From positions 1 to 64,000 of IMG/VR virus record IMGVR_UViG_3300045988_147264: DNA of 64,000 bases; one strand, written 5' to 3'. The position numbers and the translations under genes are program-made. Under the pieces are notes generated by a model. That model worked only from the letters and a program-made list of their open reading frames with translations. It ran no database searches and was not told where the DNA came from. Source of the DNA: a virus. Shown here in pieces: positions 48,898 to 58,577 of this stretch; position 1 is the stretch's first letter; the number at the start of each line of letters is the position of its first letter.

Positions 48898-50550
48898 TTA
48901 TTCAAGAGTCCAGCTATCGTTTGACTCTATAGTGAGCGTCTTGGATTCTCCGGCAGCCACAAAGGTGAGGCTCTCTGGAGTAAGGTTGATGTAAGAAGAA
49001 GATCCCTGCTGACTAAACGTGAAGTCTCTGGTGGCAGTCTTGTCGCCCTCACCGGTGACAGTTACTGTCACTACAAATCCTCCGCGAGGTTCAGTAGTAG
49101 GGTTGGCTCCAACAGAAACGATGCCGTCAGAAGAGAGAGCAAACCCAGTTGCAGCAGTCTTGACCTTTGGACTGAGATCGAAGACAACCGCAGCGGTATC
49201 GCTGGCCTCTGTTCTGGTGGCGCCAGAAGTATAGGTGACAGTCTGCTTGGCTCCAACATTGGAGTTGTCTGTCATGTTACGGCTTTGGGTACCGTCAGCC
49301 CTGAGTGAAACTTTTGTGGAAACAGAAGAATCAAATGTAATATCACCGTAAGTAGCGGTATTGGCTGCCTGATATACATCTACAGAAGCAGATTTGGTAG
49401 CGGTAGCTTTCCAAGTAACTGTAGCGGTGAGAGTACCTTTCTTGGTTCTATTAGTTACGGTAGTACCAAGTGAAGCAGCTGAAACTTCCTCACTAAATGT
49501 AATGGTACAATCATCAGAGCCATTGGTGAGATCTACATCACTTGTAACCGAACCCGAGGTGTAAGTCTGTGAACCCTTAGCTGTAACGGTGGCAGAAGAT
49601 ACTGAACCTCCGGAAGCTGGGATGTCATCTGGAGCAGCCAGTGTCACGTCTGTAACGGCATAGGTTACAGAGTTAGCCTTCTGGCTAACTGAAACTTCCT
49701 TGGAAGCGGACTTGCCATTGGCATTAAGAGTGATGGTTACAGTGCCTGAGATCACGTCTCCAACCACGGTTGTACGAGATTCAGCAGATACCTGACCCGT
49801 AGCTGTGGCAAGGGTAAGGGCTTCTGGCCAGCCCGTCTTAGTTGCATAAGCAACAGTGCCACCGGTAGTAATGGTACCACCACCTGAGGTAACACCGTTC
49901 CATCCCCAAGGCTGGGAGAAGGAAACAGAAGGAGCGTCAACTGTACCACCGGCAGCAGGAATTTGTTGATAAGTACCAACAGTGAGGGTGACAGCACCAT
50001 AAAACTTAACACCCTTGGCCTGAGTGATGGTGATGGCTTCTGTAGTCACATCGCCGTTACCATTCTGAAGCTTGATCTCCAATGTTTTGGCAGCTTCAGT
50101 CTTGTTCTCTGGGATCTTGACGTCGATAGTGAAAGTGAACTGAGCATCCTTGCCAGGGTCGTCATCAATGCCAGTATCAGTTTTTCCATCCCAAGAATCA
50201 TCGTTTATTGCGTTGACTTGGATTTTGTAGGCTGCCCCAGGGATAATCTTGCCCGCAGTCTCTGCCACCTTGATGTTTGCCGTATTTGCGGTACCGGTGA
50301 TTTGAATGGTATCAGAACCATCAGAATTGCTACCCTTTGCAGCCGCGTTGTAGGTCTTGGTCGGCACATTAATGAACTCAGCCTTACCTGTCTGAGAAAC
50401 GGAAGTTGTGTCGGTTGCACCTCCGGTTGTTTTAGCGGTAATTGTTCCACCCCTCTGCTGACGGCCCGTGTACTCAAGGGCGGTAACAGTTGTGGAATCG
50501 TTCATGGAACCTGAGCTCTTGCCAAGTTTAATCCAATTCGGTTTTGCCAT
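48898..50550 (-). CDS. BACON-domain repeat tail fibre or surface protein (550 aa).
   Basis: N-terminus MAKPNWIKLGKSSGSMNDSTTV...SVSQTGKAEFINV. The C-terminus ...LTIESNDSWTLE stops right after the first BACON strand. Confidence 0.55.
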   Translation of the reverse strand: MAKPNWIKLGKSSGSMNDSTTVTALEYTGRQQRGGTITAKTTGGATDTTSVSQTGKAEFINVPTKTYNAAAKGSNSDGSDTIQITGTANTANIKVAETAGKIIPGAAYKIQVNAINDDSWDGKTDTGIDDDPGKDAQFTFTIDVKIPENKTEAAKTLEIKLQNGNGDVTTEAITITQAKGVKFYGAVTLTVGTYQQIPAAGGTVDAPSVSFSQPWGWNGVTSGGGTITTGGTVAYATKTGWPEALTLATATGQVSAESRTTVVGDVISGTVTITLNANGKSASKEVSVSQKANSVTYAVTDVTLAAPDDIPASGGSVSSATVTAKGSQTYTSGSVTSDVDLTNGSDDCTITFSEEVSAASLGTTVTNRTKKGTLTATVTWKATATKSASVDVYQAANTATYGDITFDSSVSTKVSLRADGTQSRNMTDNSNVGAKQTVTYTSGATRTEASDTAAVVFDLSPKVKTAATGFALSSDGIVSVGANPTTEPRGGFVVTVTVTGEGDKTATRDFTFSQQGSSSYINLTPESLTFVAAGESKTLTIESNDSWTLE

Positions 50551-50597
50551 ATTTTTTAATAATTTTAGAAAGTTAATAAATTAGCCTTTATTAGACG

Positions 50598-50760
50598 TTT
50601 AGTCGTTGTATTTGACTCCAAGAGTCCAGGAAGCATTGGATTCTACGGTTAGGTCTTTAGTGCTTTCTGGGTCCGGAAATTCTAATTTCTCTGGAACAAG
50701 TTTGACGAACTCATTCAGAGATTGATGCTTATACATCATCAGAGCTCTAAATACACTCAT
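50598..50760 (-). CDS. Small ORF (~53 aa) ending in a BACON first-strand motif. Possible donor-strand stub.
   Basis: Translation MSVFRALMMYKHQSLNEFVKLVPEKLEFPDPESTKDLTVESNASWTLGVKYND. It lies in an otherwise unexplained 213-nt intergenic gap upstream of the 550-aa gene. Coordinates are approximate (+/-2 nt). Confidence 0.25.
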
Positions 50761-50763
50761 AGC

Positions 50764-51120
50764 TTATACTTTTGGAAATTCTCCCCAGACGGCCAGGGAT
50801 CCTATTACTGATATAACATATATGCGATCGGCTTGAGTTACAGGAGCCTCTCCGTTCATCCATTTAATAGTGGAGTCTCCAACGATAGCGTGAATGGTTG
50901 CTCCAACTTCGATAGTATAGACAGTCTCTTTGTGAGATGCGCTTGACTGAACGATGTAATCGTCATTAAGCTCCGGAACATCTATGTAGTTGACCCCGTC
51001 GAGTTTATCGAGAACATCTTTTACCGTCTCATCTTTATACTTTATCTGATCTGAATTTGTGATATATTGACCCGCTAATGGTCGTCTTAGTTCGCCATAG
51101 ATCTTAATATAATCTGCCAT
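50764..51120 (-). CDS. Hypothetical small protein (118 aa).
   Basis: ORF 13 nt downstream of the 391-aa gene. Confidence 0.35.
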   Translation of the reverse strand: MADYIKIYGELRRPLAGQYITNSDQIKYKDETVKDVLDKLDGVNYIDVPELNDDYIVQSSASHKETVYTIEVGATIHAIVGDSTIKWMNGEAPVTQADRIYVISVIGSLAVWGEFPKV

Positions 51121-51133
51121 GATATTCTAAATT

Positions 51134-52309
51134 TTAAGATATAACAATGGTCATAGGGTCTGTACCAGGAAGATCCTTAGTTCGATAGCACTTGTATGTT
51201 CCTAGTTGAGTAGAAGCTTCCACTGGAGTCAAGAACGGAACATCAAAACCACCAGATGTAACCTTATTGATTGACGTAGTATTAGGGACACAGAGCCATA
51301 GGTACTTGGTGGCGTCATCATTGATTAGAGTCTTGGTACCATTGAGAGAAGATCCTCCCTTTGTCAGTGAAGTGATAGTCAACTCATTTCCTGCGGTGGC
51401 TTTAGAAAATCCGTAATATACCGGAAGATAGAGATTAGCACTAATAGATTTTGGTGAGTTCTTTATGGTAGTAGTGCCTTTCTTAGCAGTAACTGAGCCG
51501 AATTTATAGCCCTGAGCAGCGAGAGTGAATTTCTCCGAACCCTCCGCTACGTTCTCCAAGGTCTTAGTCTCGCCGTTGAACTGAATTTGAATAATATCGG
51601 CTACCACCGGTTTAGAGTTTCTAAGGACCCTGAAGTGTACGCTGACTTCTACCGAACTACCTGTCCACTCCACGGAAGACGGAGAAATGGAGGCCTCAAG
51701 AGAGGTAGGGAAGCAATAGTCTTGTAGTTCAGTCATAGCGGCTGCAATAGCCTTATTTTGAACTGGATTTGTTGACTCAGCATTCAGATCCGTGTCTACG
51801 GTAATTTCAGTTCCAGGTTGAATGTTGTCAATCTTGTCCTCAAGCTTCTTTACCTCATCTTTAGTGGCGAGATTTACAAGATCCTGATCAGTTGCGTAAT
51901 TACTGTCATTCTCTAAATCAGATACCTTTGTTGGCATCTTGTCAAGCTTCGCTTTGTCTATGTCCGTATAATCATTGGTTGATAAACCCTTACCTTGTTC
52001 TTTGTCAACCTTCCCTTCGTTTAAAGACAGAATTGATGCATCGGTCTTAGACGCTATGCCATCAATATATTTCTTTACGGTTTTGTTGGCGATTGCATTT
52101 GACGATGAATCGGACATCTTTGTGTCGATTATTATATCACCGGAGCCAGATCCAACTCCAGTAACTGGAACCCATTTGCCATGGTCCCAGATTTCGACAA
52201 CAGGATTATTATTCTCGTCATGATGAACCCACAACACGTTACTCTTGTACGGGAAAGGATACGAAGAACCGCTAGTGCGAACAATCCTTAAATTTCTATT
52301 GAAATCCAT
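51134..52309 (-). CDS. Tail fibre protein (391 aa) with a T4-type fibre repeat.
   Basis: Contains KGLSTNDYTDIDKAKLD, which matches the short repeat GLSTNDFT..KxKLD found in T4 gp34/gp37-like fibres. It directly follows the portal gene. Confidence 0.45.
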   Translation of the reverse strand: MDFNRNLRIVRTSGSSYPFPYKSNVLWVHHDENNNPVVEIWDHGKWVPVTGVGSGSGDIIIDTKMSDSSSNAIANKTVKKYIDGIASKTDASILSLNEGKVDKEQGKGLSTNDYTDIDKAKLDKMPTKVSDLENDSNYATDQDLVNLATKDEVKKLEDKIDNIQPGTEITVDTDLNAESTNPVQNKAIAAAMTELQDYCFPTSLEASISPSSVEWTGSSVEVSVHFRVLRNSKPVVADIIQIQFNGETKTLENVAEGSEKFTLAAQGYKFGSVTAKKGTTTIKNSPKSISANLYLPVYYGFSKATAGNELTITSLTKGGSSLNGTKTLINDDATKYLWLCVPNTTSINKVTSGGFDVPFLTPVEASTQLGTYKCYRTKDLPGTDPMTIVIS

Positions 52310-52330
52310 ATTTTGATACTTTTATTGAAT

Positions 52331-54763
52331 CTATTTTGTTGTTGGCCTGCTTTTTTGTATAGAAAGCTGTTTTTCCTTAAGTTTATTATCCTTATTGGCC
52401 TGATATTTATCGTGATTGAATTTATCCCTGTCAAGTTGTAATCTAGCATCGAACTCACGTATCTTCTCACGCAGGTTCTGTTTTTCAGATTCACTCATTT
52501 CATCAGGTTCCATAATACCGTCATTCTGTCTGGCAGCCATTGATGCGTTAGCTGATATATTAGCGACAATTATCTTTGTCTCGTTATCTCTCTGATTAAT
52601 CGCATCCTGCTGTTGCATCTCCATTGACTTTTGCTGCATTGCTGCCTCGGTCTTCTGCTGTTCAATTTGCGCTTGTTGTTCCTGCTGTTGCTGAGCTCTC
52701 TGTATCATCTCGTTTTCATTCTTTTCTACAAGGCGTTCCTTCTCGGCAAGCGAACTTGAGTTATATAACTTCATTATTGTAGAAAAGTTCAATGTTTGAT
52801 TTTGCAATGCAGCCTGAGCGAGCATTTCCATCTTTTGATTGAGTTGTTGCACTCCATCAGAGGAATCAACCACAAGACCGTAATCATTCTCCGCAAACTC
52901 GTCGCCATCAATAGACATGATTTGCATTGAATTATCGCTAAGGATATAATTAAACTTCATGGATCGTCCGCGCATCGCTATCTTTGCTGTCTCAAGAAAA
53001 CATTCAAGAGCTCTGCGCTTGACATCATCGTGAACGACAAATAGCCATTCTGTAATATGAGATGACTGCACGTTGGCCCTCTCAACTCCACCTACAGTTT
53101 CCCTATTGGATACTTGGCCCTCACGCTGCCTTGAGATACCGGCAATCTCACCCATCTCAAGTTTAATGAATTCAAGCAAGTTTATCTGGCTTTGAATCGA
53201 GTTGCCAAATTCTGCGTCGATCACTCCAGTTGTGTTGTTATTAAGACCCCCAGCTAATTTACCGGTTGATGCGCCAATATTACCTTCCTTGAAAGAATCA
53301 ACAACAGCTATACCATTGGCCTCGGCGTAATACATCCACTTCTCAATATCCCAGCCTTTAGGCACCTTGGCAATATCGAGTTGTATCAGTTTCCCCCAGT
53401 TATGAGACATTACTTTATTCAGCCTGTCATGAACGATATCATACAGATAATTATAATGTTTCATCATATCAACCATAGAGAATGGCCTGCTATCATTGAG
53501 GTTGTAGATTGAGCCGACTATACCGAAATGACATCTCGAAGGATTGGACAATCTGTTATACTGTACTGGACACGGACGCATATTAACATAAATATCAGTA
53601 CCTATTTTGGTACCCTCCCAGGCTTGATTAACCCAGAAAGTATCCTCAACCTCCCCGATTGATGGGTCTATCTGATAATTCTCATCATAGAAGTTATAAA
53701 CCTCCTCTCCGGTAATAGGATCATACGATCTTACTTTCTTTATTTTCCTGCGCGATTTCCAGTACATTCTCATCACGCGAATATTGCCAGCAACGTCATA
53801 TGGCAGTAACGAGGAATCGTATGAATCCGGAAAAAGATTCATCGCATCAAAGAAATAACCATCTCCACGAACGTCAATCGCGTCATCAATCATTCCTGCA
53901 TTGACAAAGCCTCTTCGCTCGTCAATATTACCCATAGCGTCAACATTAGATCCCTGTGCAAAATCAGGCATCTTTCTGATCCACTCCATATCTTTGGGTG
54001 AAAGAACATCATAGAAGTAATCTATGACTTTGCCAGGAGACCAATAATCCTCGAGAATAACACAATCAGCGTCTTCTATACGGTTTGAATAACCAGACCT
54101 GAAAGCACGTATCTTAAGTGGATTCACTCTTTCAAGAAGAGGTTCTCCACCAACGATTGAGCATTGGTATATTTCCTCACCTACTGTAAGGCCGTCCATG
54201 AAGCCATTATTAAATATCAATGGGAAATTCTGCTCCTTTGAATAATGATTGAGCAGCGCATTGGCACGCACTTCGCGCATATCCTGCCAATCGTAAGTGT
54301 AATAATCGCTAAGCTTCTCAAGTCTTGCGTTGAACTCATCCTCACTCTGGCTCTGGTCTGCGATCATTGCCTGAACCTCCTGAAGCATTTGCCGCTTCTT
54401 TGTCTCCTCGATCTCTGAAAGAGCGTTCGGATTGGTTATGACAACCTTGTAATCAAACACCCGCTTAGATTCCTCGCCCCTCAAGACATTGAGTTTTGAG
54501 TTCATTATTGGGTAATGCACGATATTCTCAGGTACAAGAGTAGACCTGAGGTTGTTTGGATTCAGGACTAATGCTAAATCGCTCATATGAATCCTGCCGT
54601 TAAGCAAGTCATAATTAATTTTCTTGTGGACCACAGAGTTCCTCACCGGACTATAGTTGAAGAATCCTCTGTTGTCACCCCAGTCAACACACTGCCGTCT
54701 CCAGCTCCGGGTCTTCTGGGATAGAGGCAACTGCTGTGGCGGGAAACTAGTGTATTCCGACAT
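52331..54763 (-). CDS. Portal protein candidate (810 aa).
   Basis: Its size and its position immediately after the large terminase fit a portal. The C-terminal Gln-rich coiled region (QQQQEQQAQIEQQKTEAAMQQKSMEMQQQ) is as seen in portal crowns. A TATCTTTG element lies 28 nt upstream. Confidence 0.5.
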   Translation of the reverse strand: MSEYTSFPPQQLPLSQKTRSWRRQCVDWGDNRGFFNYSPVRNSVVHKKINYDLLNGRIHMSDLALVLNPNNLRSTLVPENIVHYPIMNSKLNVLRGEESKRVFDYKVVITNPNALSEIEETKKRQMLQEVQAMIADQSQSEDEFNARLEKLSDYYTYDWQDMREVRANALLNHYSKEQNFPLIFNNGFMDGLTVGEEIYQCSIVGGEPLLERVNPLKIRAFRSGYSNRIEDADCVILEDYWSPGKVIDYFYDVLSPKDMEWIRKMPDFAQGSNVDAMGNIDERRGFVNAGMIDDAIDVRGDGYFFDAMNLFPDSYDSSLLPYDVAGNIRVMRMYWKSRRKIKKVRSYDPITGEEVYNFYDENYQIDPSIGEVEDTFWVNQAWEGTKIGTDIYVNMRPCPVQYNRLSNPSRCHFGIVGSIYNLNDSRPFSMVDMMKHYNYLYDIVHDRLNKVMSHNWGKLIQLDIAKVPKGWDIEKWMYYAEANGIAVVDSFKEGNIGASTGKLAGGLNNNTTGVIDAEFGNSIQSQINLLEFIKLEMGEIAGISRQREGQVSNRETVGGVERANVQSSHITEWLFVVHDDVKRRALECFLETAKIAMRGRSMKFNYILSDNSMQIMSIDGDEFAENDYGLVVDSSDGVQQLNQKMEMLAQAALQNQTLNFSTIMKLYNSSSLAEKERLVEKNENEMIQRAQQQQEQQAQIEQQKTEAAMQQKSMEMQQQDAINQRDNETKIIVANISANASMAARQNDGIMEPDEMSESEKQNLREKIREFDARLQLDRDKFNHDKYQANKDNKLKEKQLSIQKSRPTTK

Positions 54764-54791
54764 ATTATTTAGTATTTAAATTTCAATTATG

Positions 54792-54799
54792 CAAAGATA
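54792..54799 (-). promoter_or_regulatory. TATCTTTG -7 promoter element for the portal gene.
   Basis: CAAAGATA on the plus strand, directly downstream (on the minus strand) of the large-terminase terminator U-tract. Confidence 0.45.
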
Positions 54800-54800
54800 T

Positions 54801-54828
54801 AAAAAAAGCCCCGTTTCTCAACGAGGCT
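54801..54828 (-). terminator. Rho-independent terminator after the large terminase gene.
   Basis: Minus-strand hairpin AGCCUCGUUGAGAAACGGGGCU followed by U7. Confidence 0.6.
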
Positions 54829-54866
54829 AATCATAAAAGTTAACTATCCGTTACACTATCGCTATG

Positions 54867-57107
54867 TTAGCGCAACCGATTGTCATAATTTCTAGTGAAG
54901 TAATCATCATTACCTAAATAATCACTCTCAATAACGTTTTTGGATGAAGATGGATCGCCATTATACGTAACCATAAACTGTTCGCGATAGAGCATTAAAA
55001 GGCCTAAGGCACGAACACGGTCAACATTTATGTCTGGATTATAAAGCATAAGTTCCTTTATGAGCGCCCTGTTGCGTATTCTCGCAAGATTAAACACAGT
55101 CGTTTCTTCACCGTCTTCACCCGATTGTATGGTTACCGGCTTAAGAAGCCAATCTCGAATCAACCTGTTGGCGTAATCGTTTACCGGCTTAGTAGCCTTT
55201 ACTCCCTTACTGTTGTTGCCAACACCTATGTTTTTAATAATATCCTTGTCTTTAAGATATTCGGGAGTATCTGCTAAGAGATATAAACAATTCATTCTGG
55301 AAAAATATGAATATGCTCCCTTAACGTTGCTTTCATATAGACACTTTGCGTTATAGAAAACACATAGTTTTCTAAGCATCTCGAAATTGTCATCGGCAAA
55401 TTGATGTCTTCCAGTATACTCGGCCACAATCGTGTCCGTCCATAAGTCCAGTACAAATGTTGAGGAAAGTGACATTGTATCGGCCTCATCATTATCAACC
55501 GGGTCGTGGCCTATGATATATCTCTGAGGAAACACTTTTCCTTGTGCGTCTTTCTCTGGCATTTTGAATATCTCAAGAGCTCCGGAAACTTTGTTGTCCT
55601 TTAATGGGAAATCACGAATCGGCTGATCGCCTGTCAATTTGAATGATACCGTACCATCTTTCTCCTGCATTAAGTCTCCGACATAGACATCGTCAAACGT
55701 GTGCGGATCATTGTCAATCTCCGCAAGGCGCTGGGTAAGATCAGCGACAGGAAAAATATTACCCCTTGTGCGAAGAATGGCTTCCTGTGGCGTTATTGGA
55801 ATCTCAGCAATACACTTTGTGATTGTATTGATATCGGTTGAGTTGTATTTAACGTTATACCTATTAACGAGAATCTCAAGCAACGCCTTGGTTACATCAG
55901 AGTTACCCTGTTCGTCATAGCAGTCTGATCTGTTGATGTATGCCGGGAAAAAATATGTAAACGTTGGTCGCCCCTGACCCTCCTTATCGTAAACATTTTT
56001 AAGTCCATATGTTTTATATCCGACAGGGTTATACATAATCTCCTGCATTGCTGCAAAGTCAGATTGTTGGTCGCCGGAGGTACCGAAGAGATACATAAGG
56101 CCGAACACAGATTCTCCATCAGAAACCGAAGGCAATAGGTTACTCCACAATGTAAGAAGATTATCAAACGTACCAGCCTCCTCAAAGAGATATAACACGC
56201 CTCTGGTTCCCCTAAGCTTTGATGCGTCGTTCTGGGAAGACTTGCCGACCACCGAGTTAAGAGTTCCTTTATTTGTGCCAGTGTTGAGATCTTTATAACC
56301 CATTTGCCAGTTCATATCGGCCAATGAGTTATACAGTCTTCTTGACGGCCACTGCATGTTCTCCGCAATGAAATCTATGTAGAACTGAAACTTATCAAGC
56401 GTCTGGTCACCACCAGTCAACTTTGCCTTGTCAGTCGCTGTTATATATGAAACAACACGCTTGTTTACCTCAAATGATTCTCCTAATATAAAGCGCTTGG
56501 CAAGCATTGCGGCGGCACAGAACGACTTACCACACCCTCGTCGAGCCAATTCAGCAGCCATCAGACCATGTTCCCTCGCTTGATTGAGATAATGAAATCT
56601 ATAATAATTCCCCTCCCAGGAGAATGGGAAGTCAATCACACGCATCGCTTTTCTACCTCCATTGCTGGATTTCTTTAAGAGAGAGATGGGACAATAATTC
56701 AAAAAGAAATAATGGTCTCCAGTTATCCACTCACCGTCATATGGTCTTACGTAGCCATACAAGCACCTTCTGCGCTCTTCACGTATCCATTTGCCAAACT
56801 CGCTATTAGGATTGGCATTCGGTCTTAAATCGGTAAATCTGCCATATTTTTGATAATGTATCGCAGATGGCCTGAAATAATCAATATCCTCAATTATATG
56901 TGGCTTAGTTATATCGACTATTATCTTGCCCTCTGAATCCCTGGGAAGATCACACGCCCTTGGCTTGTTCGGAGACACCATAGACTGTATGAAAGGAACG
57001 TTATTGAAGAAATCCCAGAACTGATCCTGGACCTCCTGCGGTTGTTTATCAAGCCCCAACTCACTGATCGGGGTCTGATATTTATTAAGAACAATATCCT
57101 CGTACAT
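54867..57107 (-). CDS. terL: Terminase large subunit (746 aa).
   Basis: Walker A AELARRGCGKSF, Walker B VLYLFEEAG and the RNase-H-like nuclease motif IIGHDPVDNDEAD are all present. Overall length is typical for a large terminase. Confidence 0.85.
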   Translation of the reverse strand: MYEDIVLNKYQTPISELGLDKQPQEVQDQFWDFFNNVPFIQSMVSPNKPRACDLPRDSEGKIIVDITKPHIIEDIDYFRPSAIHYQKYGRFTDLRPNANPNSEFGKWIREERRRCLYGYVRPYDGEWITGDHYFFLNYCPISLLKKSSNGGRKAMRVIDFPFSWEGNYYRFHYLNQAREHGLMAAELARRGCGKSFCAAAMLAKRFILGESFEVNKRVVSYITATDKAKLTGGDQTLDKFQFYIDFIAENMQWPSRRLYNSLADMNWQMGYKDLNTGTNKGTLNSVVGKSSQNDASKLRGTRGVLYLFEEAGTFDNLLTLWSNLLPSVSDGESVFGLMYLFGTSGDQQSDFAAMQEIMYNPVGYKTYGLKNVYDKEGQGRPTFTYFFPAYINRSDCYDEQGNSDVTKALLEILVNRYNVKYNSTDINTITKCIAEIPITPQEAILRTRGNIFPVADLTQRLAEIDNDPHTFDDVYVGDLMQEKDGTVSFKLTGDQPIRDFPLKDNKVSGALEIFKMPEKDAQGKVFPQRYIIGHDPVDNDEADTMSLSSTFVLDLWTDTIVAEYTGRHQFADDNFEMLRKLCVFYNAKCLYESNVKGAYSYFSRMNCLYLLADTPEYLKDKDIIKNIGVGNNSKGVKATKPVNDYANRLIRDWLLKPVTIQSGEDGEETTVFNLARIRNRALIKELMLYNPDINVDRVRALGLLMLYREQFMVTYNGDPSSSKNVIESDYLGNDDYFTRNYDNRLR

Positions 57108-57109
57108 AA

Positions 57110-57661
57110 CTAATCGTCAAAACCATCCTCAAATATGGTCTTCTCGCCGCCACCTCTGATACGACCGATCTCATTAAGCTCCTGTGTGACCGCACGCTCC
57201 GCATCAGAAAGATCCTTTACAAGCTTAGGGACCATTGAACCCATTGAGACCATGTTCTTCAGAGCGAGGATTTTGTCCTTCTCCTCAAGCTGGGATAAAT
57301 CTGTAGCACGCATTTCCTTACGTATTTGGTCTACCATAAATCGCGTATCCTCAAGGAGAAGAGTGCTTGATGTTGTGGTATGTTTCTTATATACCTCCAT
57401 GGCTTGTTTAAGTTCGTCTGACGGCTTGAATTTCGCCGGCAGACCCTCCTGTGCTATAATCTCTTTTGCTCGTTCCTGAGGATCCGTAATGTACATATAT
57501 GTACTTCTTGGATCAACCATGAAATAAAGATATGACATCTGCTGGTAGAAAAAATCCTTCACGCGGGTCTTGTCTTTTCTGTAAAGCTCACGTATCGGCT
57601 TTATAAGCATCGCCTCTGGTGTCACAACTATCTTGTAATCCTCGAAATCTATTAATCTCAT
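57110..57661 (-). CDS. Hypothetical protein (~183 aa). Possible small terminase subunit, called from position only.
   Basis: The track ORF begins at a GTG (57673); the first ATG (MRLIDFEDYK...) is at 57661. Its stop abuts the large-terminase ATG (3 nt apart). Confidence 0.3.
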   Translation of the reverse strand: MRLIDFEDYKIVVTPEAMLIKPIRELYRKDKTRVKDFFYQQMSYLYFMVDPRSTYMYITDPQERAKEIIAQEGLPAKFKPSDELKQAMEVYKKHTTTSSTLLLEDTRFMVDQIRKEMRATDLSQLEEKDKILALKNMVSMGSMVPKLVKDLSDAERAVTQELNEIGRIRGGGEKTIFEDGFDD

Positions 57662-57677
57662 AACTATAAACACAAAT

Positions 57678-57699
57678 AGCCGACCCTTGCGGACCGGCT
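57678..57699 (-). terminator. Hairpin with a GNRA (GCAA) tetraloop between the GroES-like gene and the possible small-terminase gene. Candidate attenuator or processing site.
   Basis: Minus-strand AGCCGGUCC-GCAA-GGGUCGGCU, followed by AUUUGUGUUUAUAGUU. Confidence 0.35.
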
Positions 57700-57718
57700 A
57701 AATTAACAAATCTATATA

Positions 57719-58156
57719 TTAATGAATCTTTGATGTCTTGATTTTATTGTCCGGTGCGTATATCGTTCCAGACTTAACCTCCTCGTATTCCTCAATCACG
57801 TAGTCAATATCACTGTCATATATATATAGAAAATCAGTTCCATTGATATTGACAATAGGGAAATTGTATCGAATCTCCGAGTGATGTGTCTCAACGACAC
57901 TCTTGAGAGAATTCTCGTCTTTGACTTGCACGGTTTTACCATACCTCGTAGGGTTAAAACATACGACATCACCTTCCTTGACATCCCTTACCATCGGCCC
58001 TACGGAAATAACCTTCTGCACAGGCATCAGCACACCATGCTGCTTTGTCGGGTCAATAAGTCCAGAATCAGAAACCTGATCTTCGGTAAACTTATCAGCG
58101 GTGATAAGAACTTTATTATACAGAGGCCGTATCTTCTTTATCTTTGAAAGATTCAT
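57719..58156 (-). CDS. GroES/Cpn10-like co-chaperonin (~145 aa).
   Basis: From the internal ATG (MNLSKIKKIRPLYNKVLI...): IRPLYNKVLI vs GroES IRPLHDRVIV, VKEGDVVCFN vs VKVGDIVIFN, RYGKTVQVKDENSL vs GYGVKSEKIDNEEVL, and DFLYIYDSDIDYVIEE vs EVLIMSESDILAIVEA. There is an insertion plus a 20-aa C-terminal extension. Confidence 0.55.
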   Translation of the reverse strand: MNLSKIKKIRPLYNKVLITADKFTEDQVSDSGLIDPTKQHGVLMPVQKVISVGPMVRDVKEGDVVCFNPTRYGKTVQVKDENSLKSVVETHHSEIRYNFPIVNINGTDFLYIYDSDIDYVIEEYEEVKSGTIYAPDNKIKTSKIH

Positions 58157-58157
58157 A

Positions 58158-58577
58158 TTAATTAAAATGCTGGTTGAACCATTTGATAAAATCATCTGCG
58201 GATACAGTCATTGTGCTGTTGGTCTCACTAGATCTCTTTGTCTCGTTGGCCTCAGAGCTTGTACTTTTTGGGTCATATTCTAGTGCGTCACCAATTCCGT
58301 TTCTGACAGTTTCCATCCTTGGTGCCGGCGCCGGATAAGCCTTAACTGACCTTCCTGCCTCTGACTCGAAATTCGGCGTGCAAAACAGTCTTGTGATACG
58401 TCTTGCGAGAACCTCAAGATAACCACCCATGTAATGAAGCTGCTCCCTTAGCAACGATCTGTCCATTGCCTCAAGATGTCTCTGCCCCTTCTCTACCTCA
58501 AGGAACGCCTTGAGCTTATAATACTTCTTGACGAGGTCTCCATATTCCTCAATCATCCGTGTCTTGTACTCTTCCAT
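58158..58577 (-). CDS. Hypothetical protein (139 aa).
   Basis: ORF in the small-gene cluster. Confidence 0.35.
   Translation of the reverse strand: MEEYKTRMIEEYGDLVKKYYKLKAFLEVEKGQRHLEAMDRSLLREQLHYMGGYLEVLARRITRLFCTPNFESEAGRSVKAYPAPAPRMETVRNGIGDALEYDPKSTSSEANETKRSSETNSTMTVSADDFIKWFNQHFN

Noticed and set aside
49963-50514. 183-aa plus-strand ORF inside the 550-aa BACON gene. Similar antisense ORFs occur at 58866-59450, 63352-63777, 20892-21092 and elsewhere.
   Set aside because: All are antisense to longer ORFs that carry recognisable motifs. They look like typical shadow ORFs; no independent evidence supports them.
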